A stretch of 64,000 bases of DNA, from positions 1 to 64,000 of the forward strand of contig MU271356.1 in the NCBI GenBank assembly GCA_021432655.1, given 5' to 3'. Both the position numbers and the translations under genes were made by a program. Under the pieces are notes generated by a model, which did not search any database, was not told where the DNA came from, and worked only from the letters and a program-made list of their open reading frames with translations. This document shows positions 34,660-48,090 of the stretch, in pieces. Each line of letters opens with the position of its first letter. The first letter of the stretch is position 1. Origin of the DNA: Atractiella rhizophila (Eukaryota).

Positions 34660-35143
34660 ATTCGCTAGGTGCTATTTGAAGATCACTTTTGTGAGGTGTA
34701 GCCAGGGTCCAACTGATATAAGTTTGTTCAAAGTTGTGACGTGAACTGACAATGATCGTGACCGCCTTGCTGCGTAGGAACAGTGTTATTTTGAAATTTT
34801 TGGTTCACACCGTAAACCTGCCATAAATGACTTTGATACCTTCGAGTGGATCGTTGCTATATAAATACAGAGACATCGTTGACCGCCTCTAATGCAAAAT
34901 TTCAGAGGCAGTCAAGGAGTCTGACCACACCCCGAGCTCCCTTCACCATTCACTGGCAGCTGTGTGATTCACGCTGCCGTTCTTGTTGCGGGTTCTTCCA
35001 TAAAACCAACCACAAGGACTTTCATCTGCTCTAATAAAGAAATCCTTTGCTGCTGTGTTCCATCTGAGGATTTCAGAATAATTGTGAGTCCACGTTCCAC
35101 CAGAACGTTTACTGACAGCTTTGTCAAAGCACCACTCACTGTC

Positions 35144-36665
35144 ATGGCTCTTTCATCCTGGCTCTACGTAGAATTGGGCTTCGAATCCTACAGCAAAACG
35201 GTCGACAAGCGCAATCTCAATCTACTCTTCCTCTCACGCTTCCTACGCCTGCTAGCTTTCGGCCTCATAGCTCCCATCCTGGTCCTGCACCTCCGCGCGA
35301 TAGGTTTCGCAGATACACTCGTCGGCCAGTTCCTCTCCCTGACTCTGCTAGGCGATGTCCTCATATCCTTCTTTGTCACTTGGACTGCCGATCGCCTGGG
35401 TCGCAGGAATATGCTCATCCTCGGTGCCATCTTGTTGTTCGGTAGCGGCTTGACTTTTGCACTGGAGGAAGCTTTTGTCCCTCTTCTGCTAGCTGCAGTG
35501 CTCGGAGTCGTGTCTCGTACGCATCTCCGCTCGTGTCTAAGGGCTGTGATGAAATGTGGTGGATACAGCAAGTGGGAATGAAGTGGGACCATTCCAAGCA
35601 CTCGAATTGGCAATATTATCCGAAGTCCTTCTACCTGAAGACCGCGTCTACTTGAACATCTGGTTCGTACCTTCTACTCTATTCGGCTGATGTTGTGGGC
35701 TGAACCATCTGGAAAACAGGTATCAAGTGTCCGGAACCATTGCGACGGCCCTAGGCAGCTTCCTCTCGGGAGTGATTGTGCATGCTTTGGAAGGAAAAGC
35801 GTGGGAGACGAAGGAAGCTTATCACGCCATCTTCGCCATCCAGGCTGTAATTGCCATTTTGAAGTTGGGGACGACCTTGCTCATGACCTCGGCGGTGGAG
35901 TTGCATCACTCGCCTGCTCAAGGTAAAGCCAAAGCCTCAACGCCTCCTCAAACCTCGGAAGCAGGAGCAGACGAAGGAGAAGCGACAGAGAGCGACCCTC
36001 TCCTCCCACCTCCCACTTCCTCTGCTCCCACGCCTTCTTCCTTCCCTCTCAAAATCCTTCTGACCCTCGCACCACTCTTCGCTCTCGACGCCTTCGCCTC
36101 ATCGCTTATTCCCCAATCTTTCATCGCCTACTACCTCCGACTCGCATACCACTCTTCGTTGAGGACCATCAGCGCTACAATCTCTGTTGGGGCGGTCCTA
36201 GCTACTTTGGCAAGCTTCACTAGCGGATGGCTATCTAGGGTGTTTGGGATCGTGAATACGATGGTTTGGACACACGCTTTCGGACAAGTCGTCACCATTC
36301 TAGTCGCTTTCGCTCCCACCCAAACTCTCGCCATCACCCTACTCCTCGTCAGGATGTTTGTCAGCACCATGGGTGAGTCCTTTCTGCTTACCCGTCTCAG
36401 AACCAGACGTGAATAAGAATGGATGGTAGATTCTGCACCGAAGATGGCGTTTGTGGCTGCTATACTGAAAAAGGAACACAGGGTCAGAGTCATGGGCGTA
36501 ACCAACATCCTGAAGTCCTTGGCAAGTAGCATTGGACCTTCTATTAGTGGTTATTTTGCCAGTAGAGGCAGGTTGAGCACCAGTTTCATTCTTGCGGGGG
36601 CGATTAAACTTGTTTACGACTTTAGTTTGTTGGTGGTCTATGGAAACGTAGAATTGAAGCATTGA
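35144..36665 (+). CDS. MFS transporter
   Basis: Multiple TM segments, motif A (ADRLGRR), GNEVGPFQALE and R.RVMGVTN..KSL; three short introns. Confidence 0.88.
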
Positions 36666-36757
36666 TGTGTATAAAAATGAGAGCCTCTTGGCATATTACA
36701 GATATAACATTACCTACTGAACCAGCACAATACGAATAACTTAGAAAGTTTGATCGA

Positions 36758-38721
<1,964 letters not shown>

Positions 38722-39700
38722 CGTGCGCAATCAACCGCCACAACGCAACGTCAAAGTTGACAGCTGGAGGAAGAAGAAGGATGCGCCGTGGCACCTCAGG
38801 TAAATGAGATAGATGGAATCGTGGTCGATTGTTCAATATTACGGTCTAATTGGCCCAGCAGGGATAGTTTAACCTTCAGGAGCTTTGCCCTTGTTCGGAG
38901 CCGACTCGGATGGTGCAACGATGAACATTATATGCTTGTTTCGTCTGGAGAATACCGCGGTAGTATATGAAAACACGGGTAAATTATTTCGTAGATTGCA
39001 AACACGTTTCTGAAATACTCTTGCAATCCTTTCAACCATCCAATTCCGGATGAACGTTGTATCAAAATAAGTGTCCAGCATGTCGTCTGATCTCGTATAC
39101 ATGGAAAACGAGATCTGAGAAACCGGTAGTAGGCTTATTCTGATTCCTTTTGTGTTTCAGTGGTATAGTCAAGGTATAGTGTCATATATTGCAAGTGTTC
39201 GGACAATTAAAGGTCAGGAAAAACTTCTGAGATCGAAGACCTGTGCTTCGGTGCTACTGGTATTCTGTTAAAACCACTTCACGTTGGAAAAATGGTGGCG
39301 CAGCTCGACAATGAGAGATCTCTAACCTGAGACGCATCAGCTGGAACAGTCCTTCACAATTGCAACTAAGTCAAACACGATTGCGGCAGTGACTACGGAG
39401 CTAAGGGCAAAAAGTAATGAAGAGTTGGATCCAGTATGAAGCTCGTGAAGTTGTGGAGGGTTCTTGCGACAGAAGCCGTTAGGATCAGGAATTGCCGTCT
39501 GAGCGGAAAGATGATGCGCTTTAAATCAGAGCTGAACGGTATTCCTTTCATTCATGCAAGATTCTCTTCTATTGCGACTCGGCTTTGCTAGTTTGTATCA
39601 ACGAATATCACAACAAGAATTCCTGTATACATCTGTAAACCCTGAGCACATCAAGAATCCCTTTTATGTCCCTTTTCGAAGGAGTCTGTTGTCTTTGGTG

Positions 39701-40087
39701 GGAAAGGTATCCTCATACCACTGTTTGGAGTAGGAATCAGCCGCTGCTTCCCCGATGGACGCATAGAAATCGGCCTGAGCTTGCTCGTAGTGTTCATTGA
39801 TGTCCGAAGAATAGCCACTCGATACTTTGTCAAAGATATTAATGGAATTTCGTTTCAATGTGCCTGCTGAGGGAGGTATGAACGCTCAAAAGTGCGTTTT
39901 ATGACTCATGCCAAGAACGGATGGCTTTTAGAGGTAAGGAAAGGAAAGGTATCCTCATACCACTGTTTGGAGTAGGAATCAGCCGCTGCTTCCCCGATGG
40001 ATGCATAGAAATCGGCCTGAGCTTGCTCGTAGTGTTCATTGATGTCCGAAGAATAGCCACTCGATACTTTGTCAAAGATATCAATGG
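39701..40087. repeat. 145-bp direct duplication (39701-39845 and 39943-40087)
   Basis: Offset 242, about two mismatches. It duplicates the last coding exon of the CVNH gene. Confidence 0.9.
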
Positions 40088-40905
40088 CGTACTTCTCCCA
40101 TTCTGGCTGCGGGTTCCTTATGCTGTGTCATCAGCCGAAAGCTGGAGACGAGGTCCTCATGAGGTGCTCACTCGTATCTAGGATGAAAGAAGACCAGATA
40201 TCCATCCTGATTCATCACACAAAGCTCCAACAACATCTCACTGTCATGCCATTCAAACGACTCTCCACTAAAGAGTCCCCACTTTCTGATCGCACATTCC
40301 GCCTTCAACCAAGTCATGAGGTGGCCTTCTGCGTTCTTCCTCTGCTCCAATCTGATGTTTCAAACGCGCGTGAGGTCTTTTCGTTTGTCCGGTCGTTCCA
40401 TGAGAAGGGCCGAGCTAGGACAGGTTCGAGAGGCTTCGAGCTGTCCTTCAACATTGTGAACGCAGTAGTTGAGGTAGAGGCGTGACCAGCGCCAGGTGCC
40501 GTCCTTGCGCTGGCATTCCGCAACAAGCTCGAAATATTCTGGATCGTACTCAATGTTGCGGCAGTTGCTTGTGAGAGGGGCAGAGACGGCGTTTCCCATA
40601 TTCAAACTTCCCCGCCCCCAGCTGAGAATTTGGATGTAGATGATGGAGGTGGAGAAGTCAAAGAATCCACGTTGGACCTCATCCTTATACCTCTAGTAGT
40701 GGAGAGTTGGAGTATGAGGAGCCAAGTGCTGAGAAACACAGATATTCTTGGAGTTGAACCAGGGCTCATAGCCTTTATCAGGGTGCAAATGGACATCTTG
40801 ACGTTCCCGATTCGGATCCAAGTTCTGGAAAGCGAGCGCGAGCACGCCAGCGAAGAAAAAAAGGGGTGTGCCGAACTGTTTTATGATATGTAGAGTGGGG
40901 TACAT
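39906..40905 (-). pseudogene. Secreted-type CVNH (cyanovirin-N homology) protein with an in-frame TGA
   Basis: Hydrophobic leader FFFAGVLALA. Repeat 1: NCRNIEY..LVAECQRKDGTWRWSRLYLNYCVHNVEGQL. Repeat 2: V*NIRL..LKAEC..DSEMLLELCVMNQDGYL. The 5' exon structure is uncertain. Confidence 0.65.
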
Positions 40906-41413
40906 TTGGCCACGGCTCTTTTCTCCTGACAAAGGAAGCAATATAGGATGTATTCACGGTTGGGATATCAGGATGGATCAATAAGGATGCTAGTAGGAGA
41001 AAAGCCGAAACTCCTTCCTTCCCTCTTTTCTCCAGCTTCTCAACGATGCTCTTTCACAATACAAGGGATACGCTGACATCTTCTAGCGGCAATAGCATGA
41101 GAATGTCGTTATTTTACTAATGTCTGCGTCGATCGCAGGTCAAGAGGAGGTGAGGTATGTTCCTACGTTCCTAAGTTCCTAAGCTGCGCCAGCTGAAATA
41201 ACTAATCCATGTGGTTCTCAACGATTCCCGAAGAATCTGGTGCCTCCCATCATCGATTCCCATCAATTCTCAAAAGGCATGTTGTTGTCATTGCGTCATG
41301 TCCCGCTCCGACACCATGGAACGGGAACTGGAGAGGTCTCGTGAATCCTAAAGTGACGTAATTTCTACGTTCCCAATTCTCAGACACTCCCCCTCTTTCA
41401 GCAGCTTCTCCGC

Positions 41414-41421
41414 TATAAAAG
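41414..41421 (+). promoter_or_regulatory. TATA box of the second CsbD-like gene
   Basis: TATAAAAG followed by a CT-rich then CAA-rich leader, ~90 nt before the ATG. Confidence 0.55.
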
Positions 41422-41507
41422 ACGTTCTCTCTTCTCGCTCTCTCTCTCAACAAATCACAACTCAACTCTTATTCAACAAACCAGAAACAGCCAATCAACT
41501 CAACAAT

Positions 41508-42015
41508 ATGTCCAACACCAACGAGCCCTCGAAAATCAACGCTAACTACAACTCCATTGTCGGAGGAGCCAAGGTTCGTCGTTCCTCTCCCGTTGCTCAA
41601 GGGGGAACAAATATTGATCATGCATTTGGTGTGGAAATAGGAAACGATTGGCAACTTGACAGGATACAAAGATCTCGAGCAGTCCGGTGCGCAACAGAAG
41701 AGGGACGGTGACGCTGAATATAAGGCCGCTCAGGTTCGTTTCTGCTCTTTGCCAATCTGTTTGTCGACAACAAGATGTTTACATGATGCAATGATGAACA
41801 GGCACAAGGATACGCTGAAGGCACTAAAGACCGCGTCGGTGGCAAGATCGACAACGTCGTTGGAGCCGTGACTGGAGACAAGAGCCAGGAGATGTGCGTC
41901 GCCTTCCATCCATTGCTTTCCAACTTGATATTGACCCATGTGATATTGTTGGTACAGGTCTGGAAGTGCCCGTCATGACAAGGGAGAGGCTCAGCAAGAA
42001 GTCAACAAGAGCTAA
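41508..42015 (+). CDS. CsbD/Hmp1-like small stress protein, paralog of 29569-30042
   Basis: Same four-exon layout: MSNTNEPSKINANYNSIVGGAK|ETIGNLTG..|AQGYAEGTKDRVGGKIDNVVGAVTGDKSQEM|SGSARHDKGEAQQEVNKS*. Confidence 0.88.
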
Positions 42016-42265
42016 GCAACGACTCTTCGACTTTCAGTTCGGTATGATATCAGTATAATCCTGTGATTGTGAAATCGAATCAAATTGTTGTATCCTTGAC
42101 GTCGCTGAATTTGCATTGTGTCTTCGTCTTAAGAACCTCTTGTGCAAGAGGATACGAATTTGGACATCGCAATGTGCTGCCCTGTGAAAAGAACGAGAAG
42201 CGCTTGAAACGAAACCTTTTAAAATTGGGACTGATATGGAGATCCATTTGCGATTCATGCAATAT

Positions 42266-42847
42266 TCATGTTGAACCTTTCCTCCATACAAAAACAGCAA
42301 TCCAGTAATCCTCCTGCGGCAGGATCGCAATCTCCTCAAATCCAGCATCTCTATAAAAAGCTCGAAGCTTCCCATTACCTTCCCAACAATCCAATGTTAC
42401 GCTCTCTCCTTCTTCCAGATCCTCTAAGACGCGCTGGACAAACCATTTGCCAACTCCTTTGGAGTGAAGTGAAGGCTCCAACATGAGTGTGTGGAAGAAC
42501 CATATCCTTCGTTCCCCAGCTGTGGCAGCCCAGCGGGAGAGACCAAATTCTTCAATCTTCTGAGACGAAGGCGAGAGCGGCTGTAGGAGAACGCAGCCAA
42601 CGTACTGGTTTTTGTCCTCTTGAGAAGATTGGAGCAGGTAAACAACCTCGTTGTTGGGTGGAAAGAGGAGTTGATGTATTAAGTCGGAAGAGGAGAAGCC
42701 GGTGTCCTGTATCGAGTTTAGGGAGAGGAAGAAGTCTTTGATGCGTGCTGAGAGGGAGTGGAGGTAGGATATCGTATTTTCAATTTCGGGAAGGGAGGAC
42801 GAGGAGGAGATCTTCTTGATCGAAAAAGCGCTCCACGAGGAATCCAT
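42266..42847 (-). CDS. GNAT-family acetyltransferase
   Basis: Motif A LMLEPSLHSKGVGKW and LDCWEGNGKLRAFYRDAGF. The start is uncertain. Confidence 0.8.
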   Translation of the reverse strand: MDSSWSAFSIKKISSSSSLPEIENTISYLHSLSARIKDFFLSLNSIQDTGFSSSDLIHQLLFPPNNEVVYLLQSSQEDKNQYVGCVLLQPLSPSSQKIEEFGLSRWAATAGERRIWFFHTLMLEPSLHSKGVGKWFVQRVLEDLEEGESVTLDCWEGNGKLRAFYRDAGFEEIAILPQEDYWIAVFVWRKGST

Positions 42848-43067
42848 GTTCACTGAGATGTGTATCCCTTTCTGAGAAAATTGGTCATAAGATTTGTGTG
42901 CTCAAGAAAGTAATGTACCTTGATCGCTTAAAGTAGAGTAGAATCTATGGCGGTCCTGAAGGTTACAGAGTGAGGGAGCATCTGGACGATCGTCGCGTGA
43001 CTCGATTTCGAGACACCACCGACACCTGAGCAGCATTAGAAGATCCCTCCGCAACTGGCTCAAAGGA

Positions 43068-44564
43068 ATGAATTTTGAATGTCGAGTCCCGCCTGAAATC
43101 CTAAAGGCAATCCTGGTCTCTCTTGGTGAAAATGAAGATGGTCGCCTTTGGAGGTTGGCGCGAAAAACCCTTTACAATTGTCTCTTTGTCAACCGACGAT
43201 GGTCCACCACCGCTCTCCAAGTTCTCCTATCACATATCAAAACATCTGATTTCGAGCTTGGCGCTAGAGGAAAGTGGTCTGAGGACGGATCCGTTGACAA
43301 TGACGATGGATCACAGCTGGACAAATTTTGCACCATCTTGAACCAGCGTCCTGATCTTTGCCTCGCCGTCAACTTTATCGAACACAGGTCAAATTCAGTG
43401 TACTTTACGCCTCTACTCTCCTTCTTAAGTCAGATGACCAACCTTCGAACTCTTTCCTTCGGTCTCCTGACAGGGGATGAGGTCGAGCTCCCGCCGCTGC
43501 CGAATCTGAGAACTCTAGTGATCGACATGGACGGCTGCAGATGGAGAACGATGCTTCCAAACATTGAAGTGTCGAGGCAGTTGGTCAGGATAGATTTGTA
43601 CGGCCAGATTGAGGACTTCCCTCCATATTCAGCTTTGGAGCTGATACCCTGCTTTCGAAACATCAAGGAGCTCCGATTGCGCGAGACCAATCTGTCTCCT
43701 ATTGCTCTCGTCAGAATGTTTGGAGAGTCTCCGGTAGAGATTCTGACAGTACAAGAACACGGAGACAATGTCTCTCCGCTTCTCCAGATTATAGCTCCTA
43801 GCATCAAAAGTTATCATCAACCGGCGCAGCTGGAAGGGGGGAACGAGAGGATCAGGATTCCCCTTATGCCCCAATTGGAGTCATTTCAATTAGGCACAGG
43901 ATCTCATTTGGCGTCGATGGGAAACTATGAGGAGGAAATGAGCGATTGGGTGGATATTGAGCACCTCCCTTTGCTACACAGACTCCGACGACTGGGACTA
44001 CATGGACAAATGCTGTATCCTCCCCTTTCGATGCTTCCGAATTCGTTATTGACAAATTTGACCTATTTGTTAATGGAAGAGAGCCTCATGGCCTATTCTA
44101 CTTTTGAGCACCTATTCACAGTCTCCCTCCAACATTCTTTAGTGGAAATAGTGCTCACAAGCGGCTGTTTCCACCCCCAACAACCAGTCAGCATCCTCAG
44201 TCTGCTCTCCTCCTATTCTCACAAGTTCTACCTCAGCTTTCACTTCTCCCAAAACGAAACCAGCGACGAAACGATGTTTTCTACCATTGCCGAAGCTCTC
44301 TCATGTTTTCTTTACATTAATATCCAATTTGATGATTGGGGCAAATATCAAGGGGTTATCCAACCTTTCTTCTATGCTCATATCCACTCCTTCATAGTCC
44401 TCGGGTATGGCGGAGCTATTCTACCTAACAGGACCATATTCCCCGACTTGAGGGCAATCAGCTCCTGGAATGAGCCAAAGGATACATTGGAGCAGATGGG
44501 GGTGGAGAAGATTTTCGTTGGAGATATGCTGGAGGTTTGTCGAAGGCATGGAATGGAAAGATAG
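43068..44564 (+). CDS. F-box/LRR-like protein (single exon)
   Basis: 498 aa. N-terminal RVPPEILKAIL...LYNCLFVNRRW and multiple LxxLxL repeats. Confidence 0.78.
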   Translation: MNFECRVPPEILKAILVSLGENEDGRLWRLARKTLYNCLFVNRRWSTTALQVLLSHIKTSDFELGARGKWSEDGSVDNDDGSQLDKFCTILNQRPDLCLAVNFIEHRSNSVYFTPLLSFLSQMTNLRTLSFGLLTGDEVELPPLPNLRTLVIDMDGCRWRTMLPNIEVSRQLVRIDLYGQIEDFPPYSALELIPCFRNIKELRLRETNLSPIALVRMFGESPVEILTVQEHGDNVSPLLQIIAPSIKSYHQPAQLEGGNERIRIPLMPQLESFQLGTGSHLASMGNYEEEMSDWVDIEHLPLLHRLRRLGLHGQMLYPPLSMLPNSLLTNLTYLLMEESLMAYSTFEHLFTVSLQHSLVEIVLTSGCFHPQQPVSILSLLSSYSHKFYLSFHFSQNETSDETMFSTIAEALSCFLYINIQFDDWGKYQGVIQPFFYAHIHSFIVLGYGGAILPNRTIFPDLRAISSWNEPKDTLEQMGVEKIFVGDMLEVCRRHGMER

Positions 44565-44710
44565 CCAGGGCGATTCGTTGCCTTCTATATCCCGCGGCAA
44601 GAGAAATGTGGAGGATTGGCTCTCGTTACTGCAATACCGTTTAATAGTTGCCCAAACCAGAAAACGAGTAAGTTGCTGCACAAAATTACAGAATGGTTGC
44701 AATGCACAAA

Positions 44711-46341
44711 TCAACTTCGCCACCGTACCTCTCCTTCCATCCCCTCCTCATTCCCAATCCACCATCTTCTCAACGTCTGAGGTAGCTCAACGATCTTGTT
44801 ACCCTGGTCGTCCTTCATACCATTCTCCACAAGGGCTAACATGATACGTGGCAAAGCGAGGGCTGTGGCGTTGAGCGTGTGCGCGAATGTTGGCTTCGAG
44901 CCTTTTGGAGGCAATGTTTTGATGGATAGGCGGCGGGATTGGAAGTCTGTGCAGTTGGAGGCAGAACAAACCTATCCCAATGCGGGAGAAAGTAAGCTTC
45001 GTTCGCAACATGAAGAGTTAACGCACCTCGCCCCAAGAGCCGCGACCTGGCATCCATACTTCCACATCGTACTTTTTGTATGCAGAATTCCCCAACTCGG
45101 CACTAGCCATATTCAGTACACTATAGAATTCATCAACAAAGGTTTAGAAGGCGACCCAGAGGAGAAAGAAGGAGGAGGACGAACCGATAGGGTAATTCTA
45201 ACCCCTCCAAAATCTCTCTCTGCACCTCGACCAGTCTTTCCAATTCTGCCGCACTCTCCTCAGGTGAACTGACAACAACCATCTCCACCTTTTCAAATTC
45301 CTTCACCCTGTATAGTCCTCTGCTTTCCCTCCCTCGACCGCCTCCTTCAGCACGGAAGGCTCGGCCTGATGCCACGAGTTTCAAAGGGAGGGATGAGGCG
45401 GGATGAACACTGTTGGAGTAATATGCGACCAGGGGGACTTCGGCTGTTGCTGCAAGACTGAGGGAATTCAAATGTGTTTCCATTTCTGAATCTGTGGTGC
45501 TAGTTGAAGTCATGACGTGGAAGATTTGGCTGCTCTGCCCTCGCGGTTCGAAGCCGCATCGTTCGAGGATTTCTGTCTTTACAACGCTCGGGGTAACGAA
45601 CGGTGAATACCCATGCTGAAGACATACAGAGAGCGCGTAGGATTGTAGGGAGTGGGAAAGTAGAGCGGCACTAGATGCTGAGTAGAAGAAAGAGGAGGCC
45701 GCTGTCCGTGCGCCGTGTGGAAATGAAAACCAGGAGAGGAGGTTGAGGTGGTCTTGTCCGTCATCTGCGAGAGGAAACGTCCTTTCCTCCCCTAACCGCA
45801 TCCGTGTTGAAGAAGTCGAAGAAGAGGAGGCTGGAGAGCTCGTGTCGCAGCCTTGAAATCGGTACGAGGGCGGAAACCACTTCTTCACTATCTCACACTC
45901 CTCATACCCGCCTTCTGGGCTATCAAGACTGGTCTCATTAGGCAGTTTCGCTCCAAGGCTCATCATCTCTTCATTCACCACTTTCCATCTACTCTCGACC
46001 TCGGCGAGTTCCTTCTTCAAAGCAGCACCTCTTTCCCTCCCCTCGGCAGCAGATTTGGTGCGAGCAATTTTGTTCCGCTCTTCCCGCAAGGAGGAAGCGA
46101 GTTGAAGTAGTTCTTTCTGTGTGGAATATAGCAACGCAAGACGTTGCGGAGTGGAAGAGGACAGGGGAGAAGCGCGAAGTTCGATATTACGAGCCATATG
46201 AGAGAGTTTGGACTGAGAGGAAAGCTGCTCGGAAAGTTGAAGCGAGATAGGAGGCAGGTTGGGTGAAAGTGGAGCCGCGCCTTGGGTTTTAAACCGCTTA
46301 AAAATGGCGCGGACAGCGCTTGCATGACGGTATGATCGCAT
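44711..46341 (-). CDS. Mitochondrial seryl-tRNA synthetase (Dia4/SARS2-like)
   Basis: Presequence-like [17 protein letters not shown], coiled coil, [43 protein letters not shown] and [12 protein letters not shown]. Confidence 0.92.
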
Positions 46342-47139
46342 GCTGAGTGTTGCAAATATGAAACCACTGAACCTGAACAAGAGTTAGACAGGTAGGCTGG
46401 AGGGAAAATGCTCACTGGCGACAACTCTTCAGTCCCTTTATTCCAAGACAAGCTGCTGGCCCACAGGGTCACAAATTCTGAATTGCACCTTTAGCGCGTT
46501 ATCTGAGCAATGCTTAGGCTTTCAGCAGTTCCGTGGTTTCTTTAACTCGAGGCGGCTCGTGTTGTCTTCGGAACAAGCTCACGCTTTTCCGACCGCTGGG
46601 GTTGATGAGTGGAGCATTGACTGATTGAGGAGGCTCGTACTCAAAGCTTAAAGGTTAAGATTCTAAGACAGAGGATTGAAGGCATAATTTTCGAGTGAGT
46701 ATCTCGATCGGTGCCCGTTTACTCCTTGTTGCCGACAGGCCGCGCTGTCATGAAAGACTTAGCTGGCTGCTGTAATACACTCAAGTACTACCAACTATTA
46801 GCGAGATTCAGGCTTTGCTTGGATATACAATCACCATTTTCTGTATTTTGATGAAATTTTACGGTGTAACTGGCTCTAGCTAACATATGCCTGAACCCTG
46901 AAGCCATCATAGAGCCTAAGGAGAGTCGTCTTCGTCCTTTCCGCCGTTTCACTACATTTTTTATGCACAGGTTTAGCAAAGAATTATGGGTGAAAATGAC
47001 TATATCCACGTACCAATCGGTCGTGGAGCAATCAAGTGGTACACCGCTGGCCTGATTGAATTACAGGGTGCAAATGTATTTAGAATAAAAAAGCTGATTG
47101 CTGACGCTCAATGAATAGGAAAACATTGTCCCTTGAATC

Positions 47140-48059
47140 ATGAAGCTCCGAGATCTGGAGTGCGAGCTTCAAAAGATACGTGGATTTGGTACAACTGCCT
47201 CATCATCAGACTTTATGCCTAACAGACGAATGTCGCAGAAAAACCGAAACTAGAGCTAGAACAATACGTGACCGATGCTCACCAGGTATTTCTATCCTCT
47301 TTTGTGCCCCTTGGACCAATGTCACAGGCAGGCCGCCCGTATGCTCTTTACGGCTTCTGTAACGTACGATGATATCGAACAAAAGAGAGTTCTAGACTTA
47401 GGTCACCGTTCTCTCATTTAAAAATACCGCGTTTGATGCTGTTGTATGGACAAAAGGGTGCGGATGCGGCATCCTTTCCCTCGCTTCCCTTCTCACTGGC
47501 GCATCATATGTCGTGGGAGTGGACATAGACCCGTCTGCCCTGTCAATCGCGAGGGATAACATTAACCGGATCAATGAGGAGCTTTCATCAGAGATTGATT
47601 TGGTGCAATCGGATTTGTCCGAGTGGAACGATGAAGGAGGGAAGTGTGGGATATTTAAGGCAGGGCAGAGTTTTGATACTGTGGTGATGAACCCGCCGTT
47701 TGGGACGAAGAACAAGAATGTGGATATGCTGTTCCTTTCGTGGGCTTGCCGTGTACGTTCTCTCCGCTCTGCCATTACCCGCTGCGTTGATCCGGAAACG
47801 ATGTAAAGCTGGCGAGCAGCGCAGTTTATTCGTTACACAAGACTTCAACAAGGGAGTATATATCGAAAAAAGCGAAGGAATTTGGATTCAAAGGAGAAGT
47901 GTTAGCCGAGATGAGGGTGAGTATTCCAGTAATTCACAATATGTGTTTGATGTGTGTGGAGCTTAGTACGAGCTTCCCAAGACCATGAAGATGCATAAGC
48001 AAAAATCGCTGGACATTCACGTAGATTTTTGGCGGTTTGAAAAGATAGAAATCAAATGA
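47140..48059 (+). CDS. METTL5: METTL5-like rRNA N6-adenine methyltransferase
   Basis: Spliced MKLRDLECELQ..KPKLELEQYVT, VLDLGCGCGIL, VGVDID, NPPFGTK and VYSLHKTSTR. Confidence 0.88.
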
Positions 48060-48090
48060 CACACGAACTAAGAACAAAACTGCGAACAAA

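Noticed and set aside
39155..39215. tRNA-like gtggtatagtcaaggtatag
   Set aside because: No acceptor stem, anticodon arm or T-arm could be built.
46490..47120. SRP, RNase P/MRP or C/D snoRNA between SerRS and METTL5
   Set aside because: TGATGA/CTGA words and intron-like GTGAGT..CAG occur, but there are no diagnostic motifs or rRNA-complementary guide. They may be UTR introns.
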